In this document: in pieces, positions 55,389 to 64,000 of the stretch
Layout of the letters: each line of letters starts with the position of its first letter
Numbering within the stretch: position 1 is the stretch's first letter
Assembly (NCBI GenBank): GCA_965644315.1
Contig: CBFFRQ010000018.1
Coordinates: 372,001-436,000, forward strand
Direction: 5' to 3'
DNA length: 64,000 nt
From: Caecitellus pseudoparvulus
Lineage: Eukaryota; Protista; Bigyra: Bicosoecida
Notes under the pieces: model-generated
Database searches by the model: none
Seen by the model: only the letters and a program-made list of their open reading frames with translations
Told to the model about the DNA's origin: nothing
Made by a program: the position numbers and the translations under genes

Positions 55389-56830
55389 TCAGTGTCGCCT
55401 GGCAGCCTCATGGGCAGCCGCAGCAGCCCCTTCCACGAACTCTGCGGTGGTACTGGACACAGTGTCCACCTGGGTGGCTGGAGGCAGCTTTGAGCTGCCT
55501 GTGTTGCCCAGGGTCGGCTGGCTGATGTCGCCGAGGGGAATGTTGCCCGCAGCCTTTGTAGCCTCCACGTGCGCTCGTGCTGCTCTAAATCGCGGAGCTT
55601 CGCGGGTGATTTTAGCGAGCTTCTTCAGCAAATCTGGTCGGCGTTTTACCTTTACCGTCAGGCGTGGCATGCGCTCTTTCTGGGGCGGGGCAGCGTCCAG
55701 CCCAGATCGCGTGGACAGCACTGTTACGTCCCCCACTCGCTCCAGATTGGCTTGGGCCCGCACGACAGACGCAATGGCACTGCCTACGCCAGTGATGTTG
55801 ACTTCTTCTTGATTCTCCAGCAGCCACCTCACAGAGTTTGCGTAGAATTCAGCCTTGTGCTTGAGGGTGCAGATCACGGCATCCTGTGCCTTGACCCTGC
55901 CCGTGCGGTCCACACGCGAGAGCATGCCACGAAGCTGCACCCAGTTGTGTGCCCTCAGCGTGCCTTGCGGCAGGCCCTCTCCTTCCGGCAGCGAGTTCCA
56001 AGCGTAGTCCCCGAAGAGGATGACGGTTGGCAGCTTGCCGCTGCACTCTTTCACGTACTTCAAGCTGTCATCCACCAGGACCGAGGCACCCACTGCCTGG
56101 CACAGCTCTAGCTTTGTCCTGTACACACACACACCGACGCGCATTGCAAACACATGAGTCGCTGCGGGTGGCCATTCAACTGCGCATGGCTGGGGGCTGG
56201 CGAGCACTCACTTGGATGGGCCTGAGCCTTCCTTTGCGTAGTGATTGGCAAGCAGCACCTGCTCAAAAATGCCGTCGAAGTGGCGCCTTAGCCATGTTCG
56301 CGTTGCATCCTCAATGGCCAGCTGCCGCGATGTGACGACGACGAAGCGGTGGGTCGCTCGCATGCCAAGCAGCGCCTCATGCGCGCCAGGCAGTGGCCTG
56401 CGGGAGGGGCCGGGGCGCGTGGGACCGGCTGTGTGTGGCATACAGAGGGGAAAGGACCCACTTGATGTTTTTGAAGTCATCGGATTCGAAAAAGGCCCAC
56501 ACCCGCTTCGATGCCTGCGGGGGGAAGGCGAGGCTGTGTGCGGGAATTGAGCCTGCCACCACCCCTGTCGGCCGAGCACCCACCTCTGCGTCGCCGCAGC
56601 CCCACACGTCAGCGAAATGGTAGGAGTCATAGTCTGCCACATTATGCGCCGTGGAGAATGTGGCATTGTGCCAGCCAGCCAGTGCCGCGACGAATTCGCC
56701 CTGTGAGGTGCGCGAGGCAGCATGTGCTTGCCACTGGCGTGTCTACCTGCCGTGTCGAGTGCCAGCTCACAAGCACTTCGTCCAAGTCCAGGGCGATGAC
56801 TGGCCGCTGGTCCTTCTGTGCCGCCGCCAT
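55389..56830 (-). CDS. 5'(3')-deoxyribonucleotidase (NT5C-type HAD) fused to an Alba domain; four introns
   Basis: VIALDLDEVL, PLPGA, VVVTSRQ, TRTWL..HF, VLVDDS, LFGDYAWN. Then Alba-like FYANSVRWLL...EEVNITGVGSAIASVV...PRLTVKVKR. Confidence 0.82.
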
Positions 56831-56950
56831 GGCGTGGCTGGTGGGCGGGTTTCCACTGCGAAGCCAGCACAAAGGGCGATGCTGCGGCTCATCCTGATGC
56901 CCGAGTGCGCAGGCGAAATGTATTGCTCAGCGCCAACTGCTCCACAGACC

Positions 56951-58341
56951 TCAAGCCATGTCCATGAGGTCCAGGAGGTCGTCACCGGCTTCCTTGCCCT
57001 CTGGGGCCTTGCCGTCGCCCAGATCCCCCCACTCGTCGTCCAGCTGCGCCATGAGTTTCTGCAGTCCAGCGGCGTCCGAGGCATCCACGACCAGCACATC
57101 TGATCCCCAGCCACTCCCCGCACCCGCTCCCGCGCCCTCCCCGGTGCTGGCGCTGAACAGATTCAGCGCAAAGGTGCCAGGCGAGCTGTCCTCAGCCTCT
57201 TGTGTCACGCCCAGCAACCCGGCCAGCAGGTTCAGCCCCGCGGAGGCGCTGTCTGCCCCCTCCCCCGCCTTGCCCTCCTCGTCTTCCTCCTTGCCCCCCC
57301 CCGCCCCCCCCGCCCCATGCTGCACATCCTGCCCCGTCAGGACTGCAAGGGATGTGGCTGCAGCGGCGGAGGCGCTGACCCCCAGTCCTGCTCCCAAGTA
57401 ATTCGCCCCGCGGGAAGCCAGTCCGTTGGGCCCTGGCATGGGCGGGCCGCCGCGCAGCTTGGAGCGATCAGCAGAGTACATGTTGAACCCCAGGGCGACG
57501 GTACGGGCGGAGGCGTCCAGGACAACTTCCTTCGCGTATGGGAGGGAGCCTGGGACAGCCACTGCTGGCAGTGGGGTTTGCTCGGCCCGGGAGCCATCCC
57601 GGGCAAAGTATGTCACAGAGCCAGGCGGAGTTCCCCCCGGGGGTACGGGTCCTGCTCGGTGCAGCACCAAGCTGCCGTCCAGGTGCTGCATGCCGCCTTG
57701 CAGGAACAGGGACACCTTCACGCGCTTGCCCTGAAAGAAAGTGAGCAATGCGTGCTTGTGTCGGTACAGCTCAGCGGTGGACATTTGGCGGTACATGTCC
57801 ACCATGCGGTCTTGGGCATCTGAGAGGAGTCCCGAGACGACGGGGGATACCACCATGCCCTGCAGGGCATCCAGGTGGTTCAGCGTGATGGCCAGCAGCT
57901 GCCGTGGGTGGCTGGTGGTCATGATTTGCTGCTTGATGCCCATGGTCATGAGGTCGTACAGCTTGTCCATGCTGGTCTTGTTCAGGCGCATGATGGAGCT
58001 GTGGGCGAGCTTGTCAAACACGGTCCGCGTGTCAGCCAGGGAATACGGAGCCTGGGGCTTGAACAACTCCTCCAAGAATACAGGCGAGTACATGGCCCTC
58101 ACGACATCAATGAGCACTGCACAGGGGGGCGCCGCGAGCGTGCGTCAAGCTTGCATGCCGCTGAGGCCAGTCACCACACACCCTTCTTGCTCTTCTCAGA
58201 TGCGATGCTCTGCGCTTGCAGGCGCTGCTCCAGAATGTACAGCATCTCTGCACCAAGATTGATGATGAGAAATGGCATGGTCATGAGGCGCCCAATGCCT
58301 GCCTGGCGCATGTAGTCAGCGGCTTCCCCCGGATGTGCCAT
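56951..58341 (-). CDS. OSCP1: OSCP1 (organic solute carrier partner 1; cilia-associated); one intron near 58117-58180
   Basis: MPFLIINLGAEMLYILEQRL.AQ.I...KS.KVL.DV...ELFKPQ...LAHSSIMRLN..SMDKLYDLMTM. Confidence 0.92.
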
Positions 58342-58649
58342 GGCGTGGTGTGAAACGGAGTAACGCCAGTGCCTGGCTGTTTGAGACTGTGGGGCAGCGA
58401 ATGTGGGGAGCACACGAGATACTGCAGCACGGCAATATGTTAGGGTTGAATAGGCAAATTTGTGAGTTTTGTGCGCATACGCAGTTTTTATCACGCTGCA
58501 GCCGAGTCCACGCCTCAACCTTGGCTGTCCAGCCCACCTAAGTCTGTTGCTACTGAGCCAATTCTACCCCGCAGCACAATTCAACCCAGACAGTACACCC
58601 ATTTTGTGCACGCCCTCCGGTGGCATTGACTGTCCAAGGTTGAGGGAGC

Positions 58650-59295
58650 ATGGCTGGCGTTTGGGCGACTGCCGCCAGGCAGCTGCGCCTGGCTTCTGCT
58701 CCGCTGCGGAGGCGGAAAGCCAAGCGGTTGACAGCAGAGGCCAGGAAGAAGCTGCAGGTGCGCTTGAACCTGAGGCAGGATACCCCCTTGACACCAGAGG
58801 AGGCGAAGCGGCACGATGTCTTTCTGCGGTGCTTGGATCCGCCCAAACCAGACTCGTGAGTGGAGCGTGCCAGTATTTCCGCACTCCGCGGCGGCTTGCA
58901 AGCCTTGCCCGATGCTGCTACCCAGGCCCCAGTTGACTCCCGAGCAACTGGCACACGGGGAGGCCCTTGCAAAAGCATACCAGAAGGGCATGAATGCGCG
59001 CGCACACCGGCATCGGGTTGACTTGAATCACAAGCAGGAAATGAAGGCCTGTGCCATCGCGGCACTGCCCACGGAGGAGCTGCAGGTGGATGCGATGCTG
59101 GTGGACGACCCCACCGTCCCGCTCATGCTGCGACTGCCAACAGTGACCCCTCCACACGCCGGCTGGCACCGCCCGGATAACGTGCTGTTCTTGTCGCCTG
59201 AAGAGGAAGAGGCCATCGCCACGCGTGAAGCGAAGACAGCCACTGGTGTCGTCACCGGCTCTGCGGCAGGTGAGGGGTGGGATGAGGACAGATGA
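58650..59295 (+). CDS. Mitochondrial ribosomal protein mL40-like; one intron near 58856-58925
   Basis: Arg-rich targeting-like N-terminus, then LAKAYQK...AIAALP.EEL...A...D...P....LPT.TPP. Confidence 0.6.
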
Positions 59296-59466
59296 CGAGG
59301 GCAGCATTGCATTCAAGCTCCTGGGCTTCCCATGTCCATGTCCCGCGTGAGCTGGCTGAGCTGTGAGCTGCGGTCTGCCATGCCTGCTCCAGGCCGGCAC
59401 GGCTGCACCCCTGAACGTGTCCACACAGCAGAGTCAGGCGCAGCCGGAAGAAATGCAAGTGCAGCG

Positions 59467-61827
59467 TCAGTGAGCGACAACCTCCTCTTCCAGGCCCTGT
59501 GCCGAGGCCAGCTGCCTGTTCCACATGTCAGCGTACAGCCCACCCGCCTGCAGGAGGGACTCATGCTGCCCAGCCTCCACCACCTGCCCCTGGTCCAGGA
59601 CGTAGATCAAATCGGCATCCTTGACAGTGCTCAGGCGGTGCGCGATGAGCAGGCTCGTGCGGTCGGTGCTGAGGGTCTTCAGGGCGCCCATGATGCCTGC
59701 CTCGGTGGCCGTGTCCAGGGCAGACGTGGCTTCATCGGCCAGCAGGATGGGCGCGTTCTTCAGCATGACGCGGGCGCATGCCACCCGCTGCTTCTCCCCC
59801 CCACTCAGCTTCAAGCCTCGTTCGCCGACGTGCGTCTGGAAACCCTGAGGCATCCGCTGGATGGCCTCGGTCAGCTGCGCCATGTCGGCCGCCTTGTGCA
59901 CTTGCTCCTCGGAAGCTGTCAGATCACCATAAGCAATGTTGTGCTGGAGGGTGTCATTGAAGAGGACCGTGTCTTGAGGCACCACGCCCACCACAGAGCG
60001 CAGCGAGGGCAAGGTGACGTCACGCACGCTCTGGCCGTCCACTGCCACCGACCCTGCTTGTGCATCAAAGAAGCGGAAGAGCAGTCGCACGAGGGTTGAC
60101 TTGCCGCAACCCGATGGGCCCACCACGGCCACAGTGCGCCCAGCAGGCACCACCAGGTCCAGGCCCTGCAAAATGCCCCTCTCTGGCGCATCGGGGTAGT
60201 GGAAGTGCACGCCTGAGAAGCGCAGCTCTCCCACGGCGCCCGGAACAGGCGGCACAGTTGCGAGCGCGCCCTTCACGATGGGGTTTGTCAGGCCGTCTGT
60301 GGACGTGCCTCCTGTGCTGCTGGCCGGCAGCAGCGCGAGGGGCTTGGCGTCTGGCGACTCCACAACGTCAGGCTCCGTGCCGCGCAGGGCAAACATGTTC
60401 TCCATGTCCACGAACGCCTGGCGTAAGTCCCGATACACCGACCCGATGAAGTTCAGGGGCACGGAGAGTTGGAACAGCAGCCCGTTGACGAGGATGAGGT
60501 CGCCGACAGTCATGGTGCCTGCGACGATGTCCTGGGCTGCCATGATCATCATGGCAGACAGGCCCACGGAGAAAACGACGTTCTGGCCGTAGTTCAGCAT
60601 GGACAGCGACGTCTGTGTCTTGATGCTGGCCTGCTGGTACTCTCGCAGGGACTCCTCGTACGTCTTGGCTTCGTGCTCCTCGTTCCCGAAGAATTTGACC
60701 GTCTCGTAGTTGATGAGGGAGTCAACGACCTTGGATGACGCGGCGTTCTCTGCCTTGTTCATGTTCTGCCGGAACTGAGTGCGCCACTGCGTGATGCCGA
60801 CGGTGTAGGCCACGTACGCGGCAAGTGTGCCCACCGTGACGCCGGCGTACGCTGCGCCACACTTGGCGGCGAGGATGCCCGCCACAAGGCCGATCTCCAG
60901 GATGGTTGGCACGACATTGAACACCATGGAGGATAGGACGTAAGAAATACTGCGGTTGCCGCGGTCAAGCACTCTGGACACTGCCCCAGTGGAGCGGTTC
61001 AAGTGGAAGCGCAGGTCCAGCGCGTGCAAGTGCCGAAAGACTTGGTTCGCCACGCGGCGAATGGCGCCTTGCGCCACTGTGGAGAACACGGCGTTGCGCA
61101 GCTCTTGCATGCCGGCGGCTGAGCTGCGTGCGAGGCCGTACCCAACCAGCAGGGCCAGGGGCACGGCCAACACCACGTCAGAGGCGGTGTCTGCGGAGAC
61201 GTTCAGGCGGTTCACGATGTCCTTGAAGATGAAGGGCACTTGGATGTTCAGGAGCTTCCCCCCCACCAGCAAGGCCAGCGCCAGGACGACGCGGCCCTTG
61301 TGCCCCCACCCGCCCTCAGCCGGCCAAAGGTGGGCGAGAAGGGTCCTGCGGAGAAGGAGCCCAGCAGGAGCGGTGCTAGGCGGCGTGTGTGGACAGCCAG
61401 GATGCTGGTACCATACCTGACAATTTTCTTTATGTCAGTGCCAGACTCTCCCGCAGGAGAGGCCTTGCCTCCTTGTCGCCAAGCCGGCGTGCAGGAGAAT
61501 CCTCGACTGCGCACTCTGTGTGCCACACGGGGCACTGCTTGACGAGCCAAGCTAGAGAACAAGCGGGGGACCTGAAATACAGCGCCCTGTCTGAGAGCTA
61601 TGCTGGGGCTGTGAAAGGCACTGGGCTGAAGCGTGTGGTGGCAAGACTGAGGTGCCTGCGGAAGTTGAGCGCAACCTACAAGCCGTGCGCAGCTGGGGCG
61701 ACCCAAGGAAGGCCTCCCTGGGAAATTCGGGAAAATGGGAGCGGGTTGTATCAGGTTACGTCGCTGCAGCGATGCACGTCCTCACCCTCACTGCCGTGCG
61801 GCGCAGCACAGCTGCTGCAAACGCCAT
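59467..61827 (-). CDS. ATM1: Mitochondrial ABC half-transporter ATM1/ABCB7 (three 5' introns inferred)
   Basis: [47 protein letters not shown], Walker [28 protein letters not shown]. Targeting-like N-terminus [14 protein letters not shown]. Confidence 0.95.
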
Positions 61828-62257
61828 GCCGTGCCTGGCAGTCCCACACGAAGGAACTGGGCTGCAGCGTGCGAGGGCTGGCACTGCTTCAGAGAGACGC
61901 AGGCGCCGGCGGCAACGATGTAGCAGGGCCTCTGGCATTGCCCGTGCAATTTGCACATATGAACTTGTTGCATAGGCAGCTTCGTCGCTGTGCGTGTCTC
62001 CGAAAGGGGGGCTCGACAGCCACATCCTCGACGAGCAACCAACGTCCCCTTTTGCGGGGGCCGAGCACTGGTATCAACGGACCACATACTTCCATCCCCT
62101 GAATGTAGCCTGCCACTGGAAAGCCCCCAGCACGACCCTGTCCGGCGCACCTACCCACCAGAAGCGGGCGGTTTGCTCTGAGGCGTGTTGAGCTTGCAGC
62201 CAATTTCCGCGCTGCGAGGAGGCTTGTAGTCGTGCTGTTGCTGCGCAACCGCTGGCC

Positions 62258-62749
62258 ATGGCGATGGGGAAAGCCTTTTGGGCCATTGCCTTGGCTGCAA
62301 CATGTGGAGTTGCCGCTGCAGATGACAGCATTTCCACGCAGACCCTCGTGAACATCATCACCGTTGCGCTGGTGTTGGGCACGTGGTTTTTCTGGTGGAC
62401 CAGCATCACCGCCGAGCGCAGCTACTTCCTGCTCCTGGGCACTTTCTGCTGTGCCCTGGGCAACGCAGTGTTCGGCGTCATGATCATTGAGGAGCAGGGC
62501 AACGTGACGTGGGGCACGCTGTTCCTGTGCCTGGTGCTGCCGGCGCTGCATGGGCTGTACGCGCAGTTCCTCCGGTACCGCAGGGAAGGGGTGTTCTCCG
62601 ACTCGGACGAGGAGGAAGGGGAAGATGGCAGTGGTGTGCCCCCCCCGGCACTGGCTCCCCCCACAGAAGGAGGCAAGCCCCTGCCCAAGCTGCTGGCTGA
62701 GCAGGCAGCAGTCAAGGCGCGTGCCGAGCAGCTGAAGAAGCGGCGGTGA
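62258..62749 (+). CDS. Small membrane protein of unknown function (signal peptide + about 3 TM + charged tail)
   Basis: 163-aa ORF with coding-like codon bias and clear hydrophobic segments. Confidence 0.65.
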   Translation: MAMGKAFWAIALAATCGVAAADDSISTQTLVNIITVALVLGTWFFWWTSITAERSYFLLLGTFCCALGNAVFGVMIIEEQGNVTWGTLFLCLVLPALHGLYAQFLRYRREGVFSDSDEEEGEDGSGVPPPALAPPTEGGKPLPKLLAEQAAVKARAEQLKKRR

Positions 62750-62802
62750 CGCTCTCGCCCGCCGCCCCCCTGTGTCTATCCGGTTGTGCAATGCATTGCT
62801 GT

Positions 62803-64000
62803 CTACAAGTACATGCCCTCGGGGACATTGCCCTTCTTCTTGTACAGCACCTTCTCCTTCGCCTTCTCGAAGTCCGCTTGGGACACGCGCATGCGCCGTT
62901 CTCGCAGCGCCAGCAGCCCGGCCTCAGTGCAGATGGCCTTGACGTCTGCGCCAGACAGCTCGTCCTTGGCGGAGACAAAGCCCTCCACGTTCACATCCTC
63001 CGCCAGCGCCATTTTCCCCGTGTGAATGCCGAAGATGCGGCGCTTGGTGGCTTCGTCTGGCAGGGGGAACTCGATCTTGCGGTCGATGCGGCCAGGTCGG
63101 ATGAGGGCCGGGTCCAGCGAGTCGATGCGGTTGGTGGCCATAATGACCTTCACATCGCCGCGCTCATCGAAGCCGTCCAGCTGGTTCAGCAGCTCCAGCA
63201 TCGTGCGCTGGATCTCCTTCTCCCCGCCGCTCCCCGTGTCGTACCGCTTGGAGCCGACAGCGTCAATTTCATCGATGAAGACGATGGAAGGCGAGTTCTC
63301 CTGAGCCACCTTGAACAGCTCACGCACCAGCTTAGGCCCCTCTCCCAGGTACTTCTGGATGAGCTCACTGCCGACGATGCGCAGAAAGGTGGCGGAGGTG
63401 TGGTTGGCCACCGCCTTGGCCAGCAGCGTCTTGCCCGTGCCGGGGGGGCCGTACAGGATGACGCCCTTGGGGGGCTTGATGCCGATGTCTTCGTACAGCT
63501 CTGGGTGGGTGAGGGGCAGCTCGACGGCCTCCTTGATCTCCTGGATCTGCTTCTCCAGGCCGCCGATGTCGGCATAGGACTCCTTGGGGGCCTTCTCCAC
63601 CTTCATCACGTTCACGGCGGCGTCTGCGTTCTCCGAGAGGATGCCGACGATGCTGTGGGTTTTGTTGTGCAGGAGCACGGTGCTGCCTGGCTCCAGCTGG
63701 TCAAAGTCCACGAAGGAGAGGATGGTGACGTAGTACTCTGGCCCATTGGGCGTGGAGATGATGGCGTGCTCGTCATCGATCATCTCCTCCAGCGTCCCGA
63801 TCTCAAGCGGCGCGCCACGAATGTCCTCCACCTTTGCCCGCTCTTCCTGTGTCGAAGGGCAGTGTGTGGGGCGGCGTGAGCAGCACAAACTGCTCACGTG
63901 AGGGTGACGGGCATCCACACCCACCTTGTCGCTGGCCTCCTTGGGGCGCAGGATCTCTTGGTTGCGGATGAACTCTTCCTCCATCAGCAGGAAATCCTTG
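62803..64000 (-). CDS. PSMC1: 26S proteasome AAA-ATPase Rpt2/PSMC1, 5' end outside window; in-frame intron 63847-63924
   Basis: [50 protein letters not shown]-terminal PEGMYL. Confidence 0.97.
   Translation of the reverse strand, partial: KDFLLMEEEFIRNQEILRPKEASDKVGVDARHPHVSSLCCSRRPTHCPSTQEERAKVEDIRGAPLEIGTLEEMIDDEHAIISTPNGPEYYVTILSFVDFDQLEPGSTVLLHNKTHSIVGILSENADAAVNVMKVEKAPKESYADIGGLEKQIQEIKEAVELPLTHPELYEDIGIKPPKGVILYGPPGTGKTLLAKAVANHTSATFLRIVGSELIQKYLGEGPKLVRELFKVAQENSPSIVFIDEIDAVGSKRYDTGSGGEKEIQRTMLELLNQLDGFDERGDVKVIMATNRIDSLDPALIRPGRIDRKIEFPLPDEATKRRIFGIHTGKMALAEDVNVEGFVSAKDELSGADVKAICTEAGLLALRERRMRVSQADFEKAKEKVLYKKKGNVPEGMYL

Overview
A compact, GC-rich, gene-dense eukaryotic nuclear region with about 31 protein-coding genes in 64 kb. 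It comes from a flagellated protist, plausibly a heterotrophic stramenopile (inference). Genes are split by short canonical GT-AG introns, mostly about 65-80 nt with GTGCGT/GTGAGN donors, so many ORFs in the supplied track are exon/intron chimeras. I rebuilt gene models by hand. Content: TEY MAPK, STK16-like kinase, MKKS-like chaperonin, plasmepsin V-like protease, ATP sulfurylase-APS kinase fusion, LRR protein, TPR-SET methyltransferase, a bacterial-like secreted enzyme, cyclin L, B9D1, RPS4, E2F, DUF72, SPAG1, MORN5, PP2A-C, RPL7A, TOM22, a CS-domain protein, TrmO, a 3021-aa RCC1/IPT multi-TM receptor, an MGRN1-like RING ligase, an APP1-like HAD, an NT5C-Alba fusion, OSCP1, mL40, ATM1 and RPT2. 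I saw no tRNA, rRNA, CRISPR array or transposon. Best leads: (1) a PAPS synthase with a hidden N-terminal type II-like membrane anchor and a C-terminal sulfotransferase-like domain, possibly a secretory-pathway sulfation module; (2) introns longer than about 90 nt carry a hairpin whose removal returns them to about 58-70 nt; (3) an AATGCA/AATNCA motif just after many stop codons, a candidate poly(A) signal; (4) a DUF72 protein with PIP-box-like motifs; (5) the NT5C-Alba fusion. All family calls come from motif recognition, not database searches.
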